A DNA stretch of 64,000 nucleotides from Dehalococcoidia bacterium. GTDB lineage: Bacteria > Chloroflexota > Dehalococcoidia > UBA2979. The notes below the pieces were generated by a model. The model was not told the origin of the DNA and did no database searches. It was given only the letters and a program-made list of their open reading frames with translations. The position numbers were made by a program, and so were the translations under genes. The stretch covers positions 67,775 to 131,774 of the forward strand of contig JBJKVL010000008.1 in assembly GCA_045562675.1 (NCBI GenBank), in the 5' to 3' direction. Positions 46,783-55,805 of this stretch are shown piece after piece (position 1 is the first letter of the stretch; every line of letters starts with the position of its first letter).

Positions 46783-48246
46783 ATGAATACTGAGCTTAAT
46801 AACTCAACTCCTGCACATATACATATACAAAATATTAAAAATAAAAAATACTCTGCTTTTGACCTCACCCAGAATACTTTAAAAAATCTTCATGACCAGG
46901 ATAAACAATTAAATGCGTACATTAATATATTAGATGACTATGCGCTTTCGAGAGCAAAACACCTAGATGATGAGATTGCTGCAGGGAATAATTTGCCACT
47001 TGCTGGCGTACCCATAGCAGTGAAAGATATGCTAGCGTTAAAAAATTATCCTACAACTGCTGGTTCTAAAACACTTGAAAATTTTACTCCAGCGTATAAC
47101 AGTACTGTAGTCAATAAACTAGAAGATGCTGGTGCGATTATAGTTGGCAAAACAAGTTGTGATGAATTTGCAATGGGCTCATCGAATGAGTATGCCTTCA
47201 CTGGCCCTGTCCATAATCCATGGGATATTGATAGAGTGCCGGGTGGCTCTTCTGGTGGCTCTGCTGCAACAGTTGCAGCGCGGGGTGTTGCATGGTCCAT
47301 AGGCACTGATACGGGTGGTTCAATTAGACAACCGGCATCTTTTAACGGCATTTACGGAATGAAACCTACTTATGGACGCGTATCGCGTTTTGGTGTTGTA
47401 GCATTTGCATCATCTTTAGAACAAGTTGGGCCAATGGCGCATAACGTCTATGATTTATCACTTTTACTGCATATTATTGCAGGGCATGATAGCAATGACT
47501 CAACTACATTAGACGTGGATGTACCGAAATACCATGAATCATTGGATCGTGATATTAAAGGGCTGAAAATAGCTATCCCTGAAAACATTTATGAAGGAAT
47601 TAGTGATGACGTGCATCAAAAAATTCAATCTGCAATAGATGTGTTTAGAAAAAATGGAGCTGAAATTACTGAAAATGTTGCAATTAATTCTTGGGAGTCT
47701 GCCTTACCAGCATACTATCTTATTGCTCCATCAGAAGCATCTGCAAACTTATCTCGATACGATGGTTTTCGGTACGGATTAGCTAAATTAGATGAATCAG
47801 ATCTATGGCACAGATTAGAAAATACTCGTGGTGCTGGCTTTGGACGTGAGGTTAAAAGAAGAATTTTGCTCGGTACATATGCGCTGTCTGCCGGCTATTA
47901 TGATGCATATTACAATAAAGCATTAAAACTACGCACGTTGATTAAATCTGATTTTAATAGAGTGTTTGAACAATTTGATGTCATCATGACTCCCACAACT
48001 CCTTCACCAGCTTTTAAAATTGGTGAAAGAGTCAAAGATCCATTAGAGATGTATATGAGCGATTATTATACCATTCCTATTAATATTGCTGGTAATCCAG
48101 CTATCTCAGTTCCTTGTGGATTTATAGAGGATTTGCCTGTAGGATTACAAATTATTGGAAAAGATTTAGACGAGCAACAACTCTTACAACTTGCTGCTTT
48201 TTATGAGTCAGAAACTGAATGGAACTCATTAGTTCCTCAATTTTAG
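46783..48246 (+). CDS. gatA: Asp/Glu-tRNA(Asn/Gln) amidotransferase subunit A
   Basis: Amidase signature GGSSGGSAA, TDTGGSIRQPA. 487 aa. No gatB in the window. Confidence 0.9.
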   Translation: MNTELNNSTPAHIHIQNIKNKKYSAFDLTQNTLKNLHDQDKQLNAYINILDDYALSRAKHLDDEIAAGNNLPLAGVPIAVKDMLALKNYPTTAGSKTLENFTPAYNSTVVNKLEDAGAIIVGKTSCDEFAMGSSNEYAFTGPVHNPWDIDRVPGGSSGGSAATVAARGVAWSIGTDTGGSIRQPASFNGIYGMKPTYGRVSRFGVVAFASSLEQVGPMAHNVYDLSLLLHIIAGHDSNDSTTLDVDVPKYHESLDRDIKGLKIAIPENIYEGISDDVHQKIQSAIDVFRKNGAEITENVAINSWESALPAYYLIAPSEASANLSRYDGFRYGLAKLDESDLWHRLENTRGAGFGREVKRRILLGTYALSAGYYDAYYNKALKLRTLIKSDFNRVFEQFDVIMTPTTPSPAFKIGERVKDPLEMYMSDYYTIPINIAGNPAISVPCGFIEDLPVGLQIIGKDLDEQQLLQLAAFYESETEWNSLVPQF

Positions 48247-48253
48247 GTGGTGT

Positions 48254-49417
48254 ATGATGGATGACAGCAAATTTATCTCAATGGCAGTCAATAGAATGCC
48301 TGCATCAGGCATCAGAGATTTTTTTGAATTCCTAGATCAAAATGTAGATGTGATTTCTTTAGCTGTTGGTCAACCAGATTTCATGACGCCACAGCATATT
48401 TCGAATGCTGCCTCTGAATCAATGCTTGAGGGGAATACTGGCTATACATCAAATTATGGGTTGATAGAATTACGAGAGTTATTATCTAAGCATCTTAATT
48501 CATTATATGGCGTCTCATACAATCCAACAAATGAAATGCTTTTTACATCAGGTGTTTCTGAAGCGCTTGATATAGCAGTGCGAGCCATAGTGGATCCCGG
48601 AGATGAGGTTATCGTTCCTGAACCTGCTTATGTTGCCTATAAGCCAGTCATTTTACTTGCAGGCGCACAATATGTGCCGATACCAACATACGTAGCAGAT
48701 GATTTTATGGTCAATCCAGAACTCATTGAACAAGCGATTACTCCCAAAACCAAAGCAATTTTACTGGGTTATCCATGTAACCCAACTGGCGGCATTCTTT
48801 CAAAAGAGAAATTACAGCAGATTGCTGATATTGCTGAAAAAAATGATCTGATTATTATTGCTGATGAATTATACGATCGTTTAGTTTACGGTGTTGAGCA
48901 TACTTGTTTTGCATCTCTTCCAAATATGAAAGAACGAACAATATTATTAGGTGGTTTTTCCAAATCGTATGCTATGACCGGCTGGCGGCTAGGTTACGTA
49001 GCTGCAGCACCGGCAATATTAGAGGCCATAATGAAAATTCATCAGTACGTGATGATGTCCGCGCCAACTGCTGCTCAGTATGCGGGTATTGAAGCTATTG
49101 CACATGGAGAGCAAGATATTGAAAGCATGCGCCTTGAGTACGATGCACGAAGACAATTTCTTGTCAACGAACTTCGTTCTATGGATTTTGAGATTTCAGA
49201 ACCTAAAGGAGCTTTTTATGCATTCCCTGATGTTCAGAGCCGTACTGGCCTTGATGGCCAAGAGTTTTCGAGTCAATTATTAAAAAAACATCAAGTGGCA
49301 GTTGTGCCCGGCGAAGTGTTTGGTGAGTCTGGGAAAAATTGTGTTCGCATGTGCTACGCAACGTCAATGAATGAATTAGAAGAAGCAATCACAAGAATTA
49401 AAAAATTCATCCAATAA
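48254..49417 (+). CDS. Class I PLP-dependent aminotransferase (aspartate/aromatic aminotransferase-like)
   Basis: YPCNPTGG, DELYDRL, PLP-Lys region FSKSYAMTGWRLGY. 387 aa. Confidence 0.85.
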   Translation: MMDDSKFISMAVNRMPASGIRDFFEFLDQNVDVISLAVGQPDFMTPQHISNAASESMLEGNTGYTSNYGLIELRELLSKHLNSLYGVSYNPTNEMLFTSGVSEALDIAVRAIVDPGDEVIVPEPAYVAYKPVILLAGAQYVPIPTYVADDFMVNPELIEQAITPKTKAILLGYPCNPTGGILSKEKLQQIADIAEKNDLIIIADELYDRLVYGVEHTCFASLPNMKERTILLGGFSKSYAMTGWRLGYVAAAPAILEAIMKIHQYVMMSAPTAAQYAGIEAIAHGEQDIESMRLEYDARRQFLVNELRSMDFEISEPKGAFYAFPDVQSRTGLDGQEFSSQLLKKHQVAVVPGEVFGESGKNCVRMCYATSMNELEEAITRIKKFIQ

Positions 49418-49494
49418 TTTCTTTTTCCATTATCTTTTCTCATGTATACTAACATTGGTTTCGATGTATAAGTTTTGTTAGTGGGGGACAATAC

Positions 49495-50640
49495 ATGAGC
49501 GGTAATTCTGAGATTATTCCTGGCTTAGAAGGTATTCCAATAGCTGAATCAGCTATTTCTCTTGTTGAAGGAGAAATAGGTCGATTAAGTTATCAAGGAT
49601 ATTCAATTGAAGATCTGACTTACCATTGTTCTTTTGAAGAGATTGTTGCGCTTTTATATGATGGTGAATTACCGAATCAATCTCGTGTAGATGAAATCAC
49701 AGACAAAATGCATGACTACCGCCAGCTCACTCCTGATCAGATTGAACTTGCTCGTATTGCTGGCAAGCAATCTCACCCCATGTTTGCATTACAAGCTGCA
49801 GTTGCGTCTGTTGGAGGCGCGAAAAATGATTTTGAATCTGATCTCGATAATGTTGTTGATAGAGGCATTGCGCTCATAGCAAAAACTGGACATCTCGTAG
49901 GTGCCATTGCGCAAGCTGCAGATAATCGAGATTATGTTGGCCCCAGTGATTCTGATAGCCATGCTGCAATGATATTAAAAATGATTGTAGGCAATGATTG
50001 CTCACAAGAACACATAGCAGTCATGAATGAATTATTAATCTTACAAGCAGATCATTCTGCTGGCAATGCATCAACGTTTACTTCACGTGTTGTAACGTCT
50101 ACTCGTTCTGAAGCAGAAGCTGTTGCCTCTGCAGCAATAGGTGCTCTGTCAGGACCTGCGCATGGTGGTGCTAATGAGAGGGCTATTCGATTGTTTCAAG
50201 AGATTGGCTCAGTAGAGAACGCTGAAACATTTTTATCGAAGATGTTTGATGCAAAAGAACGTATCCCAGGATTCGGGCATAGAATATATCATGCTAAAGA
50301 TCCACGTTCTGCTGTGATTCAACGTATTGCAGAAGAGATATTAGTTGAGGGTACTGAATCACACGAATTATACAGCATTGCCTTGAAAGTAGAAGAGATT
50401 GCAACTGAGAAATTATCAGCACGCGGTCTATGGCCAAATGTTGATTTATTTTCTGGTACTGTGTTTCACGGTATTAACGTGCCGATTGATTTCTACACAC
50501 CACTTTTTGCGGCATCACGAATGTCAGGGTGGATGGTGCACATGAAAGAACAATGGGATTCAGGCAATCGATTATTCCGTCCACGCCAGATATATGTTGG
50601 TAATCAAAATAAAGATTTTCTAGAAATCTCTAAGCGCTAG
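49495..50640 (+). CDS. gltA: Citrate synthase (small type; 2-methylcitrate synthase not excluded)
   Basis: 381 aa. ILQADHSAGNAST, GPAHGGANE, GFGHRIYHAKDPR. Confidence 0.85.
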   Translation: MSGNSEIIPGLEGIPIAESAISLVEGEIGRLSYQGYSIEDLTYHCSFEEIVALLYDGELPNQSRVDEITDKMHDYRQLTPDQIELARIAGKQSHPMFALQAAVASVGGAKNDFESDLDNVVDRGIALIAKTGHLVGAIAQAADNRDYVGPSDSDSHAAMILKMIVGNDCSQEHIAVMNELLILQADHSAGNASTFTSRVVTSTRSEAEAVASAAIGALSGPAHGGANERAIRLFQEIGSVENAETFLSKMFDAKERIPGFGHRIYHAKDPRSAVIQRIAEEILVEGTESHELYSIALKVEEIATEKLSARGLWPNVDLFSGTVFHGINVPIDFYTPLFAASRMSGWMVHMKEQWDSGNRLFRPRQIYVGNQNKDFLEISKR

Positions 50641-50677
50641 ATTTTTAATAATATAAAAGCAAGTCAATCTCAATAAA

Positions 50678-51355
50678 TTAATATGCATCTTCTTGCGGAA
50701 ATTCACCAGTAATATAAAAAATAGATCGTTCTCCAATATTGGTTGTTCGATCTGCCATACGTTCAAAATTATGTGCCACCCATAAAAGACGAGTACATGC
50801 TTCAACGGATTGTGGATTTTTTATCATTAATGCAACTAAATCGTTGTACACTTTTTTATACAGATCGTCAATTACATCATCATCAGCTTGCAAGGAGGCA
50901 GCATCTGATTCTTCTTTATTTATAAATGAATTCATGGCTTTAATTAACATCAATTTGACTTTTTCATTCATAATTGGTATATCTACAAGCTCCTTAACAT
51001 GCTTTTCTTTTCCTATCAATAAACAAATTTTTGCATTGCCCGCTGCATGATCTGCAATGCGTTCGAGATCCATAACAATGGAGGTTATTGAAATAATTAA
51101 TCTAAGATCTGATGCAAGAGGGGCTTGTTGTGCGAGCAATATCAAACAAGCATCCTGTAATGCAAATGATTGTTCATTAATTTGTTTATCATTATCTATG
51201 ACTTTTTTTGCCAATTGAATATCTTGCTTGACAAGAGCATCCGTACTGGTGTCAATTGCACGTTCTACTTCATTGCTCAATGTGCGTAAGTTTACAATGA
51301 GTTCCTGAAGAGAGACGTGAAATTCTCCTCGAGTTTCCATGTTCATGTTATCCAA
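50678..51355 (-). CDS. phoU: Phosphate signalling complex protein PhoU
   Basis: 225 aa with two PhoU repeats (DLERIADHA / NFERMADRT). The start overlaps the pstB stop. Confidence 0.9.
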   Translation of the reverse strand: MDNMNMETRGEFHVSLQELIVNLRTLSNEVERAIDTSTDALVKQDIQLAKKVIDNDKQINEQSFALQDACLILLAQQAPLASDLRLIISITSIVMDLERIADHAAGNAKICLLIGKEKHVKELVDIPIMNEKVKLMLIKAMNSFINKEESDAASLQADDDVIDDLYKKVYNDLVALMIKNPQSVEACTRLLWVAHNFERMADRTTNIGERSIFYITGEFPQEDAY

Positions 51356-52121
51356 ACCTTCCTGTTATATATTCTTCAGTCTTTTTTTCTTTTGGTTTTG
51401 TAAACATTTCTTGCGTCTCACCAATTTCGATAATGTGACCAACTCCATCATCACCAGATAACATAAATGCACATCTATCTGATATTCTACCAGCTTGTTG
51501 TAAATTATGTGTAACAATGACTATTGTGTATTCTTCTCTTAACTCTCTAATAAGGTCTTCAATTTTTTGCGTTGCTATCGGGTCTAATGCTGAACAAGGT
51601 TCATCCATTAAAATAATTTCTGGATCAACCGCAAGAGCTCTTGCTATACATAATCGTTGTTGTTGGCCGCCTGATAATGAGAGTCCTGAGTTATTTAATT
51701 TATTTTTTACTTCTTTTAGTAAACCGGTTCTTTCCAGGGCATTTCGAACTAATTCATCATAGTCTCCTTTAAAACCATTGATTTTTGGTCCAAATGCAAC
51801 ATTGTCATATATTGATTTGGGAAAAGGATTTGGTTTTTGAAAGACCATACCTACAGCTCTACGTACTGCTGCAGGATCCACCTCTTTATCATAAATATCT
51901 TGATCGCTAATTAAGATAGAACCAGATGTAGTAACGCCAGGAATTAAATCATTCATTCTATTGATTCCTCGAAGCAATGTACTCTTGCCACAACCTGACG
52001 GGCCAATTAATCCCATTACTTCATTTTTTGAAACTCCTAAATTTATTCTTTCTATTGCCTTGCTACCACTGTATGCAAGTCCAAATTCTTGTATTTTAAT
52101 TAATGCTTTGTGATTATTCAT
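51348..52121 (-). CDS. pstB: Phosphate ABC transporter ATP-binding protein
   Basis: GPSGCGKST, LSGGQQQRL, ILMDEP, and the PstB-typical MVFQKPNPFP. Confidence 0.95.
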   Translation of the reverse strand: MNNHKALIKIQEFGLAYSGSKAIERINLGVSKNEVMGLIGPSGCGKSTLLRGINRMNDLIPGVTTSGSILISDQDIYDKEVDPAAVRRAVGMVFQKPNPFPKSIYDNVAFGPKINGFKGDYDELVRNALERTGLLKEVKNKLNNSGLSLSGGQQQRLCIARALAVDPEIILMDEPCSALDPIATQKIEDLIRELREEYTIVIVTHNLQQAGRISDRCAFMLSGDDGVGHIIEIGETQEMFTKPKEKKTEEYITGRFG

Positions 52122-52139
52122 ATAAATTTTTTATCCTTA

Positions 52140-53078
52140 CTACCATTTTTGGTGATATTTATTTCTTAAAAATATTGCTAGTGTATTTGCTAAAAGTAAA
52201 ATAACCATCAATACTACAATACCCGCAGCCGCTAAATCATGAAAGTCTACTTGTGGCCTGGCTACCCAATTATAAATTTGTATAGGCATTGCTGTAAATG
52301 CTGAGAGAGGTCCTGTAGGCACAAAAGCAACATAAGTCAGTGCACCAATCATAATGAGAGGCGCGGTCTCACCAATTGCCCTAGAGAGAGAAAGTATGAC
52401 ACCAGTCATAATGCCTGGAATTGCAGCAGGCAAAACTTGCCCACGAATTGTTTGCCATTTTGTAGCACCTAAACCATAGGATGCTTCACGAATCGTCTGT
52501 GGAACGGCACGAATAGCTTCCTGGGCAGCAACAATAATAATGGGCAAAATAAGTAAACCAAGTGTTAAGGAGCCGGCAATGACAGAACGGCCCATGAGCA
52601 AGTTATCATCTCCTCCAAATTTTATGCCATATCCAAACGTACCTCTGACAAAAATTTGTAGACCAAGCAAGCCATAAACAATTGACGGCACACCAGCAAG
52701 ATTACCAATATTTGTTTGGATAGCTTTTTTTATTTTACCGGGCTTTGCATATTCTTCTAAATAAATTGCTGCACCAACTCCAACTGGTATAGCAAATATT
52801 GCTGTTCCGCTTACCACGAAAAATGATCCCCAAATTGCAGCACGTAATCCAGCTTCTGCTGGTTTTCTTGAAGGAAAGTTAGTTAAAAAATCCCAAGATA
52901 GGTACGATATGCCATCACGAAATATATCAAATAATAAAACAGCTAAAATGAGACAACACACTGATGAAGCAATTATGCAACCCAATATAAATACGCGCTC
53001 TTTTAACATTCGTTCCTTGTAGTTAATATTTGCATTTGCTGAATTAGTAAATAATTTTGTTGATGTTACATCATTCAT
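52140..53078 (-). CDS. pstA: Phosphate ABC transporter permease PstA
   Basis: EAA-loop region REASYGLGATKWQT. 312 aa. 8-nt overlap with pstC. Confidence 0.9.
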   Translation of the reverse strand: MNDVTSTKLFTNSANANINYKERMLKERVFILGCIIASSVCCLILAVLLFDIFRDGISYLSWDFLTNFPSRKPAEAGLRAAIWGSFFVVSGTAIFAIPVGVGAAIYLEEYAKPGKIKKAIQTNIGNLAGVPSIVYGLLGLQIFVRGTFGYGIKFGGDDNLLMGRSVIAGSLTLGLLILPIIIVAAQEAIRAVPQTIREASYGLGATKWQTIRGQVLPAAIPGIMTGVILSLSRAIGETAPLIMIGALTYVAFVPTGPLSAFTAMPIQIYNWVARPQVDFHDLAAAGIVVLMVILLLANTLAIFLRNKYHQKW

Positions 53079-53991
53079 ATTGTTCCTTAAATTTTTCTAT
53101 AATAAGTGTGCTGATGACGTTCATTATTAATGTTAGAAGAAATAATGTCATTGCTACTGCAAAAATTGATTTGAATTCAATAGTCCCATGTGGCGTATCT
53201 CCTAATGATAATTGCACAATAAACGCCGTCATTGTTTGTACACCCTCAAGCGGATTCAATGTTAAATTTGGCATTGCACCAGCAGCAATAGTGACGGCCA
53301 TTGTTTCACCAACTGCTCGAGAAAATGCAAGAATATATGAAGCTACAATCCCACTTAGCGCTGCAGGTACAGTAATTTTTGTAATTGTTTCATATTTTGT
53401 AGCACCTAAACCATAGGATGCTTCGCGAAGCGACGCAGGCACAGCATTAATCGCATCATCAGAAATAGAACATACCATTGGCAATGTCATGATGCCAACA
53501 ACAATCATACCTGCTAGAGCATTAAATAGTTCTATTTCTTCAGAAATATTATTTTGCAGAATTGGAGAAATAAAAGTTAATGCAAAATATCCATATACTA
53601 CTGTTGGTATGCCAGCAAGAACTTCTAAAATAGGCTTCATGAGCGCACGAACTTTGTCTGGTGCTAGTTCTGCAAGAAAAATGGCTGTTAATGTCCCCAA
53701 TGGCACACAAACAAATGCAGCTCCAAAAGCAATGAGCATTGTGCCTACGAGCAAAGGAGCGATGCCGAAGTGTGCAGAAGGGAACAGAGGCGTCCATCTA
53801 GATTCGGTAAAGAATTCGATTACACTGATTTCACGAAAGAATTGCAATCCTTCAACAAGCAGAATAGTTACAATCCCTATTGTAGTTAAAATTGTTAATA
53901 GAGCGCAGCTTAGAAAAATGACATAAGTTATTTTATCACTTTTTTTACTAGCGCCTATAAACCATGTGTTGTCAGTAAAGCCTTTTTGCAT
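53071..53991 (-). CDS. pstC: Phosphate ABC transporter permease PstC
   Basis: REASYGLGATKYET. 306 aa polytopic protein. Confidence 0.9.
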   Translation of the reverse strand: MQKGFTDNTWFIGASKKSDKITYVIFLSCALLTILTTIGIVTILLVEGLQFFREISVIEFFTESRWTPLFPSAHFGIAPLLVGTMLIAFGAAFVCVPLGTLTAIFLAELAPDKVRALMKPILEVLAGIPTVVYGYFALTFISPILQNNISEEIELFNALAGMIVVGIMTLPMVCSISDDAINAVPASLREASYGLGATKYETITKITVPAALSGIVASYILAFSRAVGETMAVTIAAGAMPNLTLNPLEGVQTMTAFIVQLSLGDTPHGTIEFKSIFAVAMTLFLLTLIMNVISTLIIEKFKEQYE

Positions 53992-54051
53992 TCTTAACTC
54001 AAATCTTTCTTTACTAGTAGTTCAATTATTTATATAATTGAGTCATTCTAT

Positions 54052-54098
54052 CTAGGACTGTTTGCAAATCGAAGAGGTTTCTCTGCAAACAGTCCTAG
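54052..54098 (-). promoter_or_regulatory. Perfect 15-bp-stem hairpin in the pstS-pstC spacer
   Basis: CTAGGACTGTTTGCA (54052-54066) / TGCAAACAGTCCTAG (54084-54098) with a 17-nt loop. Confidence 0.5.
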
Positions 54099-54119
54099 AG
54101 AGGACGACATTTTGTTGAA

Positions 54120-54150
54120 TTGCGTAGTTGGTATTATACCAACTACGCAA
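54120..54150 (-). terminator. Perfect 12-bp-stem hairpin directly after the pstS stop, flanked by an A-run and a T-run (attenuator/3'-end stabiliser candidate)
   Basis: TTGCGTAGTTGG (54120-54131) / CCAACTACGCAA (54139-54150). On the minus-strand RNA it is preceded by AAUAAAAAA and followed by UUCAACAAAAUG. The clean T6 run lies on the plus strand. Confidence 0.5.
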
Positions 54151-54158
54151 TTTTTTAT

Positions 54159-55184
54159 TTAGAGCCCCTCAACTAGTGCTCTCGTTGCCTCAAGTTCAGA
54201 AGCAGGTAAATCAGTATATCCAACTGATGGATCACTTACCAAAGCAATACCATCGCCAACAAAATATTCAATAAAAGCCCTTAATTGTGGCTTTGATTTC
54301 ATATATTCATTATTGACATATATGAAAAGTGGCCTTGAAATAAGATATTCTTTACTTGCAATTGTTGCAGGAGATGGTTGTGTGCCATTGACTGCTAGCA
54401 AGTTTAATTTATCTTGGTTTGCAAGATAATAAGCATATCCAAAATATCCTAATCCATATTTAGAACCACTCACTCCATTGACGATCACGTTATCATCCTC
54501 TGATGCTCCGTAGTCGCCTCGTGATTGCTTTTCTTTACCGTTAATCTTCTTAGTAAAGAAGTCAAAAGTACCTGAATCAACTCCTGGCCCATATAATTTC
54601 ATTTCTTCAGCTGGCCATGCAGGATTCACATCACTCCAGTTCATAACTGCGCCTTCTGCAGGTGCATCCCACATCTTTTTTAATTCATCAGCAGTAATAT
54701 CTGTGACAAAATCATTTTTGCTTGATACTACAACCGATATACCATCAAGACCTACTTTTAACTCAGTGAACTTGATATTGTTTTCAGCACATAATGCTGC
54801 CTCTGTATCTTTGATGTTTCGAGAAGCACCAGAGACATCAGTTTCTCCGGCACAGAATTTCTTGAATCCACCACCAGTACCTGATTGTCCTACTGTGACC
54901 TTGACATCAGGATGCAATTTACCAAATTCTTCAGCAACAGCTTCTTCAACTGGATAAACGGTACTTGAGCCATCAATAGCTACTGAACCTGACAAAGAAG
55001 AAGAACTTGGACTAGTCTCAGTAGCAGCTACTGAACTTGACATAGAAGAAGAACTTGAACTAGTTGAACTAGTCTCATTATCGTCACTACAAGCTATTAT
55101 GCCTGTTCCCATAACGGAAACAAGCGCAAAGCCTAGTAAAGACAATCGCGCGAATTTCTTAAATTCGTTCATAATTAAAAACAT
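54159..55184 (-). CDS. pstS: Phosphate ABC transporter substrate-binding lipoprotein PstS with Ser-rich linker
   Basis: Lipobox GIIACSDD, then a ~35-aa Ser/Thr-rich linker. PstS core motifs GSSTVYP, SGTGGG, ASR, PGVDSGT. Alternative start at 55172. Confidence 0.9.
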   Translation of the reverse strand: MFLIMNEFKKFARLSLLGFALVSVMGTGIIACSDDNETSSTSSSSSSMSSSVAATETSPSSSSLSGSVAIDGSSTVYPVEEAVAEEFGKLHPDVKVTVGQSGTGGGFKKFCAGETDVSGASRNIKDTEAALCAENNIKFTELKVGLDGISVVVSSKNDFVTDITADELKKMWDAPAEGAVMNWSDVNPAWPAEEMKLYGPGVDSGTFDFFTKKINGKEKQSRGDYGASEDDNVIVNGVSGSKYGLGYFGYAYYLANQDKLNLLAVNGTQPSPATIASKEYLISRPLFIYVNNEYMKSKPQLRAFIEYFVGDGIALVSDPSVGYTDLPASELEATRALVEGL

Positions 55185-55280
55185 TTTTTTATCTCCATAA
55201 AAAACTTAACATTTAAATTTGAATAAATTTATTCGATTCCTCTTCTAATCGTTTAATCATATTCATTACATTCCGAGCAT

Positions 55281-55313
55281 AAAAAAACCCATTTAATTTT
55301 TTATTAAATGGGT
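55281..55313 (-). terminator. Intrinsic terminator after small ORF A
   Basis: Minus-strand ACCCATTTAAT-loop-ATTAAATGGGT followed by T7. The ORF A stop codon lies inside the stem. Confidence 0.65.
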
Positions 55314-55456
55314 AATAGTATGATCGGTAATTGCATCAAATTCGAATTCCCGTCTCCAGGTATCGAATTTAATCTATAATAAAACTTAATTCTGTGATTA
55401 CGTTTTCCAAGCGAAAAGTAGCTTCTATGTGTTCTAGTAATTTGGAACCTCTTCAT
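55304..55456 (-). CDS. Small basic protein, paralog A (50 aa): MKRFQITRTHRSYFSLGKRNHRIKFYYRLNSIPGDGNSNLMQLPIILLPI
   Basis: Hand-translated (below the 60-aa ORF-track cutoff). SD AGAAGAGG 5 nt upstream of the ATG, with its own terminator. Shares TR(T/S)HRS...KRN(H/Y)(R/K)IKFYY with ORF B, including synonymous codon-family switches. Confidence 0.5.
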   Translation of the reverse strand: MKRFQITRTHRSYFSLGKRNHRIKFYYRLNSIPGDGNSNLMQLPIILLPI

Positions 55457-55488
55457 AAAAACCTCTTCTAACCTTCCAACTTTTTTTC

Positions 55489-55526
55489 AAAAAAAAACTT
55501 TAATCAAATTGATTAAAGTTTTTTAA
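55489..55526 (-). terminator. Intrinsic (bidirectional-looking) terminator after small ORF B
   Basis: CTTTAATC-AAATT-GATTAAAG stem-loop extended by A/T pairs, with T-runs on both strands. Confidence 0.6.
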
Positions 55527-55530
55527 ATAA

Positions 55531-55665
55531 TTAATAATCATTACCAACAATTATTGAGTCCCCTTTGCCTGCAATTAGTAAATAATAAAATTTAATTTTA
55601 TAATTTCTTTTTGAGACATCATAAGCAGATCTGTGTGATCTTGTTGGGACTGAGAAATCATTCAT
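55531..55665 (-). CDS. Small basic protein, paralog B (44 aa): MNDFSVPTRSHRSAYDVSKRNYKIKFYYLLIAGKGDSIIVGNDY
   Basis: Hand-translated. Weak SD (GAGA), with its own terminator. 14 of 25 core residues are identical to ORF A, with 5 of those encoded by different synonymous codons. Confidence 0.45.
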   Translation of the reverse strand: MNDFSVPTRSHRSAYDVSKRNYKIKFYYLLIAGKGDSIIVGNDY

Positions 55666-55805
55666 AAATAGATCTCACTAAGTTTTTTTATTACGAAGAC
55701 ATTGTGTATTTAATTCAATTTGAATGCAACTGTTTTTGTATAAAAAAAATATTTTTTTTATTATGCAGATATTGTTCATTCAAATAACAGGTTAGGATGT
55801 GTAAA

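Noticed and set aside
50620-50805. 61-aa minus-strand ORF bridging the citrate synthase 3' end and the phoU 3' end
   Set aside because: It overlaps the phoU coding region in a different frame and the gltA stop region. It has no RBS, and its sequence is AT-rich hydrophobic noise.
55335-55360. tRNA-like T-loop string (AAATTCGAATTCC) in the trpS-pstS gap
   Set aside because: The flanking bases cannot form a T-stem (TCAAA versus TCCCG), and no acceptor or anticodon arms can be built. The string lies inside small ORF A. No tRNA is supported anywhere in the window.
55701-55729. Possible minus-strand promoter (TTGCAT-17-CACAAT) upstream of small ORF B, and Pho-box-like TTAA-rich repeats upstream of pstS
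   Set aside because: The -10 match is only 4 of 6. In sequence this AT-rich, such matches and TTAA repeats arise by chance. No PhoB/PhoP-type consensus is known for this lineage, so neither is listed as a feature.
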